Shown: piece by piece, positions 25,798 through 38,932 of the stretch
Layout of the letters: each line of letters starts with the position of its first letter
Position numbering within the stretch: position 1 is the stretch's first letter
From: Dipteris shenzhenensis
Lineage: Eukaryota
Reading direction: 5' to 3' (one strand)
Assembly (NCBI GenBank): GCA_047967505.1
Contig: CM106538.1
Length of the DNA stretch: 64,000 nt
Position numbers and translations under genes: made by a program
The notes under the pieces: model-generated
What the model was told of the DNA's origin: nothing
What the model saw: the letters and a program-made list of their open reading frames with translations, nothing else
The model's database searches: none

Positions 25798-27513
25798 GTG
25801 GAGGAGTGTGGCATGGCGGTCTTCAAGTCTGTAGTACAAGCGAATGCATATATACCACAAGAACTGCGAGAGAATACTGGATGGGAAACGCTCAGCTTAG
25901 AGGAGGCACTCACGTTTATGGAACGGATGCCCCAGCTTCCTTCCGTTCACAACCTTACATACATTTTGCATACTTGCAGAAAACAGAAAAATTTAGCGTA
26001 TACCAACCGCTTGTATGCCTACATGTGCAAAAGGGGACTGGAAGATCATAGATCTCTTGGAAACTATCTCGTCCCATTGTTGGTCCAAGTTGGAAGCATG
26101 TGCGATGCTCAGCAAGTTTTTAACAAGTTGGTTGCTCGGAACGTATATGCTTGGACTTCTCTCATCACGGGCTATATTGATTGTGGGGAATCACAGCATG
26201 CCCTAAACCTCTATCAGAAAATGCAAGAGGATTCTGTACATCCTAGCAAGTATACCTTTGTTGCCCTTCTGAAGGCTTGTGCTAGGCTGAAAGATGCTGG
26301 AAGAGGCCAAGAGATACACTTCGAGGTGGCCAGAAAGGGGTTGGAAATGGATCTTTTCGTTGGCAGCACCTTGGTGGATATGTATGCCAAATTTGGTTCA
26401 CTTTCAAAAGCACGAGAAGTGTTTGTCAAGCTCCCAGTTCGAGATGTAGTCTTGTGGACTGCACTGATTGCAGGATATGCTGAGCAGGGGCTTGCTGAGG
26501 CAGCACTTGACTGTTTTGAGCAGATGCGACTGGAGGGTCTCTCTCCAAATGCTGTCACGTTTGTTTGCAGCTTGAAAGCCTGTGGCAGCCTAGGCACCAT
26601 AGACAAGGGCAAAGAAATACACTCCGAGATTGTTAGAATGGGGCTGGAAAGAGATCTTTTTGTTGGCAATACCTTGGTGGATATGTATGCTAAATGTGCC
26701 TCAATTGCAAAGGCACAGGAAGCCTTTGACAAGCTGCCAGTTCGAACTGAGGTCTCGTGGACTGCATTAATTGCAGGATATGTTGAGCATGGGCTTGGCG
26801 AGGAAGCGCTGAAATTATTTGTACAGATGCAAATGGAGGGTCTCTCTCCAAATGCTGTCACATTTGTTTGCAGCTTGAAGGCTTGTGGCAACATAGGAGC
26901 CATAAAAAAGGGCCAAGAAATACACGCCGAGATTACAAGAAAGGGGCTCGAAAGAGAGATTTTTGTTGGCAGCACCATGGTAGACATGTATGCCAAATGT
27001 GGCTCCCTTGCAAAAGCACAGGAAACATTTGACAAACTGCCAGTTCGAAATGAGGTCTCGTGGAATGCACTAATCGCAGGGTATGCCCAGCTAGGAGAGA
27101 GTGACATTGTTTTCCATATGCTTGAGAAAATGAGAGGAGAGGGGATAAAGCCAGATGGAGTCACATTCTCTATCGTTCTGAGTGTATGCAGCCACACGGG
27201 TCTAGTGGATAAGGGTCAGAAGTACTTTGAGGCGATGAGCAAAGACGATGACATCGCTCCAACTGTTGAGCACCACACTGGCATGGTTGATCTCCTTTGC
27301 CGTGCAGGCCAAATAGACCAGGCGGTAGCAATGGTCAAGATGATGCCATTCCATGCTAATGTTTTGGTGTGGCATACAGTGTTGGATGCTTGTCGAAAGT
27401 GGAGCAACGTGGAGCTTGGAAGATTGGCATTTGAACATGCAATAAAATTGGATGAGAAAGACGCTGCAACCTACATCTTGATGTCTAACATATATGCAGA
27501 TGCTCATATGTAG
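25798..27513 (+). CDS. PLS-class PPR protein with truncated E domain and no DYW (organellar RNA-editing factor type)
   Basis: 571-aa uninterrupted ORF with 101-aa P-L-S triplets (LVDMYAKCG / VSWTALIAGY / VTFVCSLKAC) and E-domain text (WHTVLDACRKW...YILMSNIYA). True start codon uncertain. Confidence 0.93.
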   Translation: MEECGMAVFKSVVQANAYIPQELRENTGWETLSLEEALTFMERMPQLPSVHNLTYILHTCRKQKNLAYTNRLYAYMCKRGLEDHRSLGNYLVPLLVQVGSMCDAQQVFNKLVARNVYAWTSLITGYIDCGESQHALNLYQKMQEDSVHPSKYTFVALLKACARLKDAGRGQEIHFEVARKGLEMDLFVGSTLVDMYAKFGSLSKAREVFVKLPVRDVVLWTALIAGYAEQGLAEAALDCFEQMRLEGLSPNAVTFVCSLKACGSLGTIDKGKEIHSEIVRMGLERDLFVGNTLVDMYAKCASIAKAQEAFDKLPVRTEVSWTALIAGYVEHGLGEEALKLFVQMQMEGLSPNAVTFVCSLKACGNIGAIKKGQEIHAEITRKGLEREIFVGSTMVDMYAKCGSLAKAQETFDKLPVRNEVSWNALIAGYAQLGESDIVFHMLEKMRGEGIKPDGVTFSIVLSVCSHTGLVDKGQKYFEAMSKDDDIAPTVEHHTGMVDLLCRAGQIDQAVAMVKMMPFHANVLVWHTVLDACRKWSNVELGRLAFEHAIKLDEKDAATYILMSNIYADAHM

Positions 27514-27543
27514 AACATGTTAGAATTTCAGGCATCTCCAATC

Positions 27544-30500
27544 TGTCCTATAAGGACTGGGTTGTGGGTGTGCCCACCCAACGGATAGTTGTTTGCTCTC
27601 CCTGTAAAAACAAGGCAGGTAGTCAAGGGTCAGTGCCAGGGCATGTTGCTAAGGTATTTAGGCTAGATGAAGGGCTGACTAAAGGGCCTGGTTGAGGGCT
27701 GGTAAATGCCAGCACTTGTAGGACTGATGGGGGCCAGTCAGGCCAGCCAACCAAGGTCTGGTCAGCCGACCATGAGGGTCAGGTCAGCAGACCAGGTGGA
27801 TTGGGTTAAACTGACCAGCCAAGCTGGTTAAGTCTGGCAGGCAGCAGCCCCACGTACTGCCTATAAATAGGACTTATTCTGCCCTTTGTATACAGTCATT
27901 CAGAGGTTTAGTGTGGAGTATTCCAGGGTGCAGTTTAGCCTTGGATTGTATCTTCGAGTTGTGGTTTTCTCAGCAGTAAACAGCAGAGTTTTTCCAGCAC
28001 ATGTTTCTTGTAGTCAATTGCAGTTTATTGCATAGTACCTTCTCTCTAATCGCATTTCTGCATCTCTCTCGGTACAGAGATGGGAGAGTTATCATCACAG
28101 AGAGGAGATCCACATGACGGTATGTGGCCTCGGAGACTTTAAGGTTCAGTATATGGAACTGTAATGGTTCTCTGAGGCTAGATGCAGGCTATTTTGAGGA
28201 TTCCTTTAGGCATGCGGATATCGCTATTTACACAAAGACACACCAGTGCAAGGGGAGGAAACTTCCAGATGTCAGAGGTTTTAGGTGGGAATCAGTATGC
28301 CGACCACAGCCACGGATGGCAGGAGGGACTAGAGGCTCTGGGGGAGTAGCAGTATTGTACAGAGAGGATTTGCGAGACATAGTACATGTCGTTCATAGAG
28401 ATGCAAAAGCCAGATACATGTGGATCCGAGTGGACAGAGGGGACCCCAGGGATTTATATGTAGCTGCATGCTACTTTCCACCTGCCTACTCGAGGTATGC
28501 ACCTGAGGGCGAGTCGCCGTACTTGCCATTATATGAGGACATTATGAGATATGCGAGCATGGGGGAGATATTGCTAGTGGGGGACTTTAATGCCCGTACA
28601 CACTTGAGGCAGACATCAATATATGACTCGAGTGATGCCATCTACAGAGAGATCAACGCAGAGGAGGTGGGTTTGCATAGGTCGGCACAGGACTTGGGAG
28701 ATGTGACAGAATATGGTACACATTTCTTAGCATTAGGGAGTGCCCATGGATTGATTATCTTCAATGGTCTGTCTTATTGGCCAGGTTCAGATGCTCTTAC
28801 ATGCTGGAACCCGAAAGGAGGTGCTAGTACAGTTGATTATTTGATGGGGTTGCCGTCTCTAATCCCACAGATCCGTGATTTCAGTGTATCTAGCAGACCC
28901 ATTGGACTGGCTGCGGACCATGCTATATTGAGGTTTATTGTGTCAGGAGGATGCTGGAGGGGGGCAATCAGGCCTTCGTTTCAGAGACAACCTAGATACC
29001 AATTCATGGAGGAGACTGCTACAGTGTATGGAGATGCAGTGTGGGACAAAATTATGGTGCTAGACCCTCATGGTCTCCTGGAGGAGATCACCCGTGGTTT
29101 GACAGAGGTATTACATGTGTCAGCACAGTATGCATTCCCACACACAACAATATCATCCACCCCTCCTTGCAGCACTGCCCCACAAAATAGTTGGTATGAC
29201 GATGAGTGTCGTATGTTGTGCAGACAATTACAGCAGGAGGTTGCTACAAACACTCGGACACACAAGCAAGCCAAGGCCATCTTCTCACGCCTAATACGGA
29301 AGAAGAAACAGGCCTACTTAGCTACATTGGAGGCAGAGATCTACCAATTATTCTTGGGACAGAACAGCAAGAAGGCATGGAGGATGTTTCAGGAGAGACA
29401 GCCTGGTACACCGATTGTAGCACCAGAAGCTTGGGCCGACTATGCGCAGTCATTATATGATATACCAGGACAGCCACCGATTCCGTACCCACAGGATACG
29501 AGGCCTACATATTGCTTCTTCTTCAAATTGCATATGGTCAATGATGCCATTGACAGATTGGGACATGGAAAGGCTTTGGATCATGATGGATTAGCGGGAG
29601 AGCACTTCATGTACGCACGGGACATTGTGGCACCGCTTCTTGTGCATGTGTTTAATAGAGCAGTTTGAGAAGGATTCCCCCCTAGCTGGACAGAGCAGCA
29701 TACCATTGTACCGCTCTTTAAGAGTGGAGATCCGATGATGCCCAACAATTACAGGACTATCATGATTGGCCATTGCCTGGCCAAGATATATGGATCCATC
29801 TTGGAAAAGGAGTTGAGCAGATGGGCAGCAATGCATGGACACAGAGCGGTAGGACAGGCAGGTTTTAGGCGAGGTTATACCACTTTGGATCACATCCTGA
29901 CTCTCCGGGCACTCATAGAGGAAGGCAAACATCATCATAAAAGGATATATTGTTGCTTTGTAGACTTCCGCAAAGCCTTTGACACAATCCCACGGACCAG
30001 GCTGATGGAAAGACTACAGGATATTGGAGTACCACATGAGATGCAGTGGGGGATATATGCCTTGTATGAGATGGTGATGGGCCGAGTTAAAGCACCTAGA
30101 GGGTTGTCAGATGCAGTTATGAATACTATTGGTGTGAAGCAGGGGTGCCCTCTCTCTCCCACACTATTTGGCATATACATTGATGACCTCTCAGAGTATA
30201 TCAACAGGATAGGAGGACCCGGAGCCAGCCTAGCAGGAGTGTTGATACCCATACTGCTCTATGCAGATGATGTAGTTTTGATTGCAGATTCCTCGGAAGG
30301 ATTACAAAGACATTTAGATGGGCTACAAGCTTTTTGTGAGGACAGGGATCTAACAATAAACCTTGGGAAAACCAAGGTGATGGTATTTAATACTACACAG
30401 GCTTGGGTAACGCGCTCAGCACAACAATTCACTTTCAAAGGTGAGACAGTAGAGCAGGTACGATTTTATGTGTACCTTGGGGTGATCTTTTCTGGTCCAC

Positions 30501-33090
30501 AATTTTCATTGAGAGCGCGATTGATGCCAGATTGGATAGAGGCTATGTAGCTTTGAGGGCACTAGAGAGAGAGTGTGCACATGTATAGTTCCAAGAGCCA
30601 CGCACAAAATTATGGTTGTTTGAGACATTGGTGGTGCCCACGCTATTTTATGGTGCAGCTATATGGGGCCCCAGTGTAGGGGGTGCAATTGAGTGGAGGA
30701 GATTGGAAAGGCCATTAGTGATACTGATTGCCCGCATGATCCGGAGCAAGCCATCTGTACCACATCCGATAATACGAGCTGAATTAGCAGCTGCTCCACT
30801 AGTGATTGAGGCTTTGGTTTAGGCAGTAACTTGCATACATAGATTGTGGGATCTACTTGGCTCCAGATATGCACGGTTGGCTATGATATCATCCAGGCAG
30901 CTAGCAGAGGAGGGTCGAACATGGTGCTGGTATGCTCAGCTACAGAGATGGTTTGTAGAGCATGAGTTGACAATGGATGCACTCCCACCCTTTCAATACA
31001 GTTTGGATTTAGACCTGTCTTGCCATGACCGAAACAAGATCATTACAGCTGATATTGTCAAGTTGGAGACTGACAGAACCTGGACTAGACCACATGAGCC
31101 CCTAGGGAAGAAGATGGCACACTACCAGAACCATTTTCTTCATTTATCTCAAGATGAACTTATGGCCAGGCCAGCATACATGGATACACACCTATCTCAT
31201 GGGCTACGTAGTATTATTGGCCAAATTCGAACCTCATCACATCAGTTGAGAATAGAGACAGGGAGATACACCCATGCAGCCCATCAGGATCGGATATGTC
31301 AGTTATGCCAGCAGGTTGAGGAGGCAAAGGGGCATTACGTATGTAGATGCACGGTATATTATGAAATTCGAGGAAGATACCACTGTCTATTCAGAAAGGG
31401 ATTTGGCCCACTCCATAGGGTGATGGAGTACGAAGATAAAAAATGCTTAGGTTTGTTTTTATCAGAGCTTAGGCGACATCATAGAGAGACTTTGTTGGGA
31501 GACAGACAGCCGAGACCAGCCCCACCCAGGCAAAGTACACTCAGAGACTTGTTCACTGCCAGCACCTCAGCTAGTTTTATGCCCTCCCCGCCATCAGAAA
31601 CCCCTGGCGCCACCACCACCTTATCACACACAGGCAGATTGCCACACTCTAGTGGTGTGATTTTGGACCGAGCCATCGCCATATCCAGGTCACGGAGGCC
31701 CAGGCCCCCAAGACCCCGTGCCCGGCACCCATATCTTCATCGGATCCGTGCCATCATTGCCAAACACCGGAAACGTGTGGCACCGAGTTATGAGATCCTA
31801 GAGCTGCCCATGATTGAGATTTTTGACATAAGAAGAGTGCAACCTTTTTATTGATTAGCTTTCTGCCTATGCTGATCAATTGGTACTTTTAGTAAATACT
31901 TGCTTGGTATTTCATTAGTTTTGGGTCACTTGCAGTCTCTCTGACTGTAAGTACCTTTAGTAGCTCTCAGCCTTCAGCTTATTTATTTTGTTGTTCTCTT
32001 TGATGAGACAACACTAGCAGATGTATCAACTGTTTTAGGCTCATAGGCCGTTTGGCCTTTTAGAGACGTTAATATATATCTATCTTCCATACTCACAATT
32101 CCGCTGCATGCTCTGACATGATATCCAAGCCCAAGGTAGCCTAAAGCCTTGGACACGGAGAGAGCACTCAAGCAAAAGGTGTTTGCTGCTGATCAGAAGA
32201 GTGGACAGTTCAGGACAATGAGGAGTGACCAGAAGGAGGTGTCCCTGAAAGACATCCACCTTTACAGCCTCTTCTCTCTTTTCTTTCCCTACTTCTCTCC
32301 CTTCACAAGAGCAAGGCACCTCTCCGAGAGGCACATCTGTTTGAGATGGCTTGAATTCAACGAAGATCCCTATCCTTCCTATGTTCTCGGTTGACCGTCT
32401 TGGACGGAAACAACCATGGTGGACATAAGGTAAAGATGGAGTCAGTGCTGCAGTCTTGTGACTCCGCTGATTTCATCTTGGTTGGAATTGCAAGGCCAGA
32501 TCTGGATGAGGAGGACCTTCACATCACTGACCGGAAGGAGTGGGAAAACTTGGCATAGCTGTTGGATCATGTTAATGCTCGAGTACATTCATTCATCTCC
32601 TCAACTGCACAGCACAGTGATCAATCTCGTGAGCCACATGACACTGGCCAAAGTTTTTTGGGAGCACTGGCATCTCTCTACAACAGGGTATTCACCAATA
32701 AGCGCATCTCCATGGAAGTGTAGATGCATGTATTGAATCCTGCGAAGTCATCAACGATGCGGGACAACATCAACAAGCTTCAAGCTCTTCAGCAAGAGGT
32801 GCTTTAAGCTGGGAAGGGGATTACTTAGCTGTCCCTTCTTTCCTTGCAGTACTAAGTGTTCTACCCTTTGTCGATTACCAGTGGGAGAGTTAGCACTCTC
32901 ACATGGGAGAAGTTGGTGCTGATGGTCCTAGACCAAGAGAAGCGGTTCGAGAACCCTTCATAGGGCAGAGGAGCGGAAGCCTGGGCTGCACACAGTCAAA
33001 TGGGCAGAACAACAACAACAATAAGAAGGGTAAGGGGAAGTCTTCGGAGAAGAAGATCATGATGCCTTTGTTGGAGGTCAACATCTCCTG
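27544..33090 (+). mobile_element. Ty1/copia 5' LTR (TGTC...GACA, 27544-32118), degenerate PBS and gag fragment
   Basis: TATA-like CTATAAATAG at 27861. GACA|TGATATCCAAGCC at 32115-32131 resembles a Met PBS. Gag-like LDGNN...KVKMESVL from about 32400. Confidence 0.65.
28124..31854 (+). mobile_element. Non-LTR retrotransposon ORF (APE endonuclease, RT, C-terminal Cys/His motif), lightly disrupted
   Basis: WNCNG, GGVAV, GDFNA, VDY, DH endonuclease motifs. QAGFR, FVDFRKAFD, GVKQGCPLSP, LLYADD, YLG RT motifs. HQLRIETGRY...CQLC...H...C terminus. Confidence 0.93.
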
Positions 33091-33470
33091 ATGTTACCTA
33101 GAGGTGTGCCCGCCCAGTGACGGCCTGTGTTGTGGGTGAACCCATCGCTGTGAGGGTAGTCTAGGGTAGGTACTGTGTGGTCCTATTGGGCTCCTTGTTG
33201 GTCACATGATGTCCCATGGCAGCCCTTGTGTAGGCACATCTTGCTGCGCACTGGGGAGGCCTAGAGGCTAGACCAGTAGGCCTATTTTGGCAGGCCCTAG
33301 TAGCTCCCTATAGGCCGAGGGAGGCATGCTGGTTGGCCCACTGGATATATATATTAATATTTTAATGTAGATATTGCATGTATATGATATGGAAACATAT
33401 ATAGATGACATGATGTAAGGTGTTATATTGGCATGACATGACATTAGTTGTCTATCTCATGAGAGCCGAG
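33091..33470 (+). mobile_element. LTR-like fragment related to the 27544 LTR, truncating gag
   Basis: Starts TGTTA and shares GGTGTGCCC.CCCA and GTTGTGGGTG with the 27544 LTR start. Confidence 0.4.
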
Positions 33471-33477
33471 TAGTTAC

Positions 33478-33776
33478 TGTTGCAAATACTATGAAGTAGG
33501 TGGGTGATGGAGTTTTCTCAAGCGGAGGATCAATTCTTCTAGTTGCGATTCCTCACAATAAAGACAAAACCATATATTTGTGAACCAAATCTTGTGACAT
33601 TGACCAAGAGAATATTTTATTCAATACATTGTTGCAAATAGTATGAAGTAGGTGGGTGATGGAGTTTTCTCAAGCGGAGGATCAATTCTTCTAGTTGCAA
33701 TTCCTCACAACAAAGACAAAACCATATATTTGTGAACCAAATCTTGTGACATTGACCAAGAGAATATTTTATTCAA
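33478..33776. repeat. Near-perfect two-copy 152-bp tandem duplication
   Basis: TGTTGCAAATA.TATGAAGTAGG...TATTTTATTCAA at 33478 and 33630. Confidence 0.9.
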
Positions 33777-36700
33777 ATGTATTGATCTGCCATGTGAGCT
33801 TAATAATTTGCAATTTGCAAAGAAAAAATGACTATCAACTTATTTTAGTGGTCCTTCTAGTGCTTATTATGTACATTCTTCTTTTTTGCCATTCTTTAGT
33901 GGTGTATAAAGTGGTACTTAAAAGTGTGTCCCAGACAACTATGCTTTTTAGTACTTTGTGTTTCTTTAAGCACATCCAAAGATGTCAAATTAGAAAAGTA
34001 AACTATTGGTCAAAATGCAGATGGACATGTTTGAACAAAATAATAAACTTGTATACATGAATTTTCAATACATTGTTAGGATGAGCAAATGTGCTAGCTA
34101 CCTAATATCTCAAGGGTTCATGTCACAAAATTTTACACTACCATCAACATTCAAAATGAGGGATATTTCAATTTATTTTTTGGAGAAACTTCAACACGAT
34201 TACAATAGAAGGAGGGGTTTGTAAATTCAAATTTAGGGAAAATTTTCGTTAGTTATAAGTAAAGAGGGGTGGTTTTACTAGGGAAAAATTTTAGTTAAGG
34301 AAATTTTTAAATATCCCATGAATGCATGTGATACATACGGTTTCTTAGTAGTACCACCCTCGAGTCTAAGATGTTGTAATGTTGACTACTCTTATCTAGA
34401 ATGCACAAGTTTTTTGTATGACACACATTGGAAGGGAAAGATTAGAAGGCTTCTAATGCTAAGTCCAATGAATCAAAATTTGGGATTCCTAGACTATGAA
34501 CATTTTTAGGAGATTCTAAAGTTTATTATTGCAATGCTATTATTTAATGTTTCTTACCTCTTGATAGAGTGAGCATAACAACGTTAAAAATTACATGGGG
34601 AGTTGCATGATCATCTTATTGAAAAAAAACCAAGTCATAAAATGAATTAAAAATGAGATATATTACATGGGGAGTTGCATGATCATCTTATTGAAAAAAA
34701 ACCAAGTCATGAAATGAGATATATAATTTTGATGCAATGTAGGCTAAATACAATATCATCTTGCAAAAAAAACGAGTCCTATATGCCACAAGAGCTTATG
34801 ATGAATATGTTGGTTGCAAAGGAGGGGAGTGCATTGGGCCCACTGGATGATCGCTAATTCCAAGGGTTGTTGGACACAATCACATTGATGATGCAAAGGA
34901 TTGTATAGTTTTACAATAGTATAGTAATGCATACATGAAATGCGGATTATTCCATTCAAGGTGTTTTGGGGAACTCTCTAGGCATATGGAAAATTGCATG
35001 TGAGATATCACTAACTTTTTATGAGAGGGAGAATTTGATGAGGGCAAGGTTTGTATTTGAGATTGTTGATGCTAATGCAATCATGCAAATCCCTCTCATA
35101 TACAAAAATTAATGCACCAAGCCATGTGCGGCCATCTCATTAAGATGGGAAGTTGGTGGCATGGAGAAACAAATTAAGTAAAGAAATTCAAAGACAAGAT
35201 AAAGAGGGAAATCATAGAGATTTGGGAGGTTGTAAAAGAGAATTATTATCACTAATCGGTGCATGTGTTTCATGTTTGCACAACTGGTTCACTTGCCAAG
35301 GGTTGACATACTCTGTCTCAATCTCAGAGTTCCACGTGTTGTGTGTCTCGACTTCACACTGAGGGAAGCAAGAAAGAATCTTTGCATGTGTGTAGCCTTG
35401 AAACACATCAGGCATTTACATGGCAATGGAAGCCACATAGGAGAGTGAAAACCAATAACCAAAAACCAACAAGCTACTCAATGACAAGGAATCTATCCTA
35501 CAACGTATAATTACCTAAGATCTATCCTAACCTAAGGAAAATAACAATACCAAATAATGAAAATAACAATATCTAAGGAATCTATCTTACAATGCAAATT
35601 ACCTAAGATCTATCCTAACCTAAGGAAAATAACATACCAAGTAATGAAAATAACTTTCTCAACTCTCTTGCTCTCACCCTCATCCCTACACCATGCCCTA
35701 CACGTGAGGTTATGGGCCTTTAGATGCCTCATGGTACACAAGCTTTCATGCAAAACCTATCCACTCATGGTTGCTTGATTGCGGGACCTTACACTTGAGG
35801 ATCACTACGTACCATAACCACACTCAAGTTACCCTTAAAAAGAAGAAAGATATGCCACTCCAATCGCGTGGGTGCTCTAGTATTAGTTGATGGTAGATAT
35901 GGGTCAAAAAGTATAATTCTCGAAGGTGGGGATGAGGGATCTTACACTGTGTGTCAATGAAGTACTCGTAGATGAAGAAAGATAATTCTCCTCAATTGAT
36001 GTGGCAATGAGAGGGAGAGAAGTCATTATGGCATCAAGACATGAAGGGGTGCTTGAGGAGAGGGTCAAGGTGTCAATTATCAACTAAGAATAATCTAGGA
36101 CGAGAGGGATGCTCGATGGTGAGCTAGGTGCAACAAGTGAAGTAGCATACTACATGACGTCCCACTGAAGCTCTAGATGACATTAGTCAAGATGATCTTG
36201 TAATAGTGGTATGAAGCACAGCAAGCCTTGATGAATAATGACCATCAAAAAACACAACCATGATGTGTGGTCCAAGGTCCCAAAGTGTATCACTGATCTC
36301 ATCCCATGTGTACTCCAGAGATGATACAGATGCCCACATATCCCCATATCTACCAAGTAATATCGAGATGTAGCTAATGTTGCCACTATTCCATCGTGGA
36401 GGTGGAATGCAAATGCATACATCAATGATGGGAAGTGGAAGCTAAACAATATCATGTGTGAGGTGGTACATCTCCATGCCTAAAGAGTGAGGTGGTACAC
36501 CTCCATGCCTAAAGAGGTATGTGATCAATGCAATTGCCCAATGAGTGCAAGAAAGATGTGTAGTCTGATGCTGATGATGTCATAGGGAAAGAGGAGGGGG
36601 AGAGAAAAAAAGAATAGAGTAAGACAGGAAATAAAAAGGGGGTTAAGGGTGAGAGGGAAAATTTTGAGGGGGAGGGTTATTTTAAGGTTATGGAAGGGGG

Positions 36701-38249
36701 ATTAAAAAATGATAAAAGGTAAAAAATGAGGGGGATGTAGGTGGAAGGAGATAAGATACTAGGTGAGGGGATAAGGGGGGGGTGAAGGCATGGTAGTGAG
36801 GTATGAGTAGAGGGGGTACGAGGTGGAGGGTAAGGGGGTTATGTGGAGGGGAGGGGTAAGGGCATGTGAGGTGGCGGGTTTGCCTCTTCTCATTGTCACC
36901 ACCCAATAGCAACAGCAATAGCTAACGCTCCCCAAAGGAGCTTTCCTCTTCCTCTCGCCTTGCTGTTTATGTTGCTCTACACTCTTGAGAACCATCAAGG
37001 CTGCTCCGTTTTTACTTTCTCAAGTCTTGTCACCACGAGGTGTGCACAAAGGTGGTTTTCCAACCTCTTCTACACTTCTACAAGCATGCTTTTGGGACAA
37101 ATCCACAGACGAAGCATGCTTTCATGCCAAACTCATAGCTATTCATATGTTGCTATGTAAGCCTTCGTGGCTTGGCTATTGTGCTTGTCCGATGCCTTTG
37201 TTACCTTGTGTAGTCAATTGTGTGTTCTAACATTGTTGCTTATAGTCATTGCTAGAAGCTAGCTTGCTATTTGCCATTTGAGCATGCTTCAAGTCAAATT
37301 TCATTGCATAGGTCATTGACGCTAAGTATTGTGGTTATTCACGTGTTACTTATTATGAGCTCTTTCTATTGCTCTTGTACTTGTTGGAAGACAGCATCGG
37401 CCGAGGAGGAAATGGGAGGCAAGTAGCAAGCTTAGCCTACTAAACAAGCAGTAGTAGTCTCACAATTGTAATCTAAAGCATGTTAAGTGCTGGTGGTGGA
37501 GCAATGATGGCCAACCAAGCTCAATAGGTGTTTATCTACTTCCTCCTAGAGTCAATTCCTTGTTTTATTTCTAAAAGGGTGGTTGATGAAGCTTTTATTG
37601 CATGTAGTTTCCCATGTGCGCTTGTTGTTGAGCTCAAATGTTGGTTGATTGGCTCTTACTGTGTTCTTGTTTGTTGCGGCTACCTACAATAGCTATAGTG
37701 AGATGATTGTTTCTACTCAGCTATGTCACCTATGTCTCGATGGTGTTACGCTGCCAAATGAGCTTCTTGCAATACAACAGGTAAGGCTTCTAAAAGCCTT
37801 CCTAGAGAGTTACATTACTGACTTCAGATAAAAGGTGCACCATTAAAAATTTAGGGCAGTAGTGAAAAGATCTTAGAGCTTCTCGAGGAGAGAAGGCATT
37901 GATTAAAAATTTGATCAGGCTGTGCATCACCCAATGGACACCAAGCAGCTATCATTCACTTCTTGAAAGAGAGTGTAGTTGTAAATTTTCATTATTAGCA
38001 CTGGCTCTCCTAGAGACAGTGCTTTAGGATTGACTTGAGTAGGAGTTTTGTGATAATTCTTAGTTTTTAAGGAATTTCTAAAATTCTTAACCTCTACTTT
38101 TAGATGGTTGTTGGCTTTTCAGCTTTTAGCTTGTGTGTGCCCTGTTGACTTTTCAATTTTTAGCTTGTCTGCGCTTTTTACCCCCCCCCCAACATGGCTA
38201 TAAATCAATGATGGTGCTGCCTCTTACTATATAAGTATAGCTTCGATAA

Positions 38250-38932
38250 AAACATCCATGAAGTGGATGAAGTGCAAAGGAGAAGCCGACACAATTGAGA
38301 GAAACGTAAAAAAGTTCGTGGTTTGCATAGCATATGGGGCTTTTCAAACAACCACTTGATTAAAACAAGAAAACTTTCTTGTTTCTGCAGTGCTTGCATC
38401 ATAGGGGATCATGACAATTTTGAGAACATTGCAATTGTGAAGACATGGGAGTGAGTTCGAGTTTTCCCTCTATGTTTCGATGGAGTTACAAACAATGGAG
38501 AGACAAACAATGACTCACCACAATTTGGGGAGAGTTTTGATGACCTCACTGACTATCTAGAAGAGGGGGTATAACTTTGTAGTTGTCGCTACCTCTGGGG
38601 AGAACGAGGAAGATGACCCATACTTTGTGTTGTAGTGCACAAAACCTAAGCACAAGGTTGAAGAATTATTTAAGGATGATTGGGGAATAGCCTATGAGAA
38701 GTGGGATGTAGTAGTTCGAGCTTTTTGGTACAAAAAAAGATCCAAGAGAGCCCTCAATTATGAACTGCTACATAAGGGTCCACTGACATTTGTGTACTCT
38801 CATCTAGTAAGAGCTATTAAGCTCTAGATGCAACTTGTGCCACAATGAAAGAAGAGCAAGAGTGTCTTCAAATTGGATTTAGACACGCATGAGCACATCT
38901 TGGGTTGTCTCGGAGTGGACGAGGAGGACTAA
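38250..38932 (+). pseudogene. C-terminal fragment of a DNA transposase, possibly Sola2-like
   Basis: VRGLHSI...RKLSCFCSAC...FKDDWG...FVYSHLVRAIK. Superfamily recalled from memory only. Confidence 0.4.

Noticed and set aside
26214-27197. 327-aa minus-strand ORF (and the 445-aa ORF at 53834-55171)
   Set aside because: Antisense shadows of the repetitive PPR coding frame, with no independent protein features.
35231-35793. Solo LTR (TGTA...TACA)
   Set aside because: LTR-like composition but no TSD and no partner LTR or PBS confirmed.
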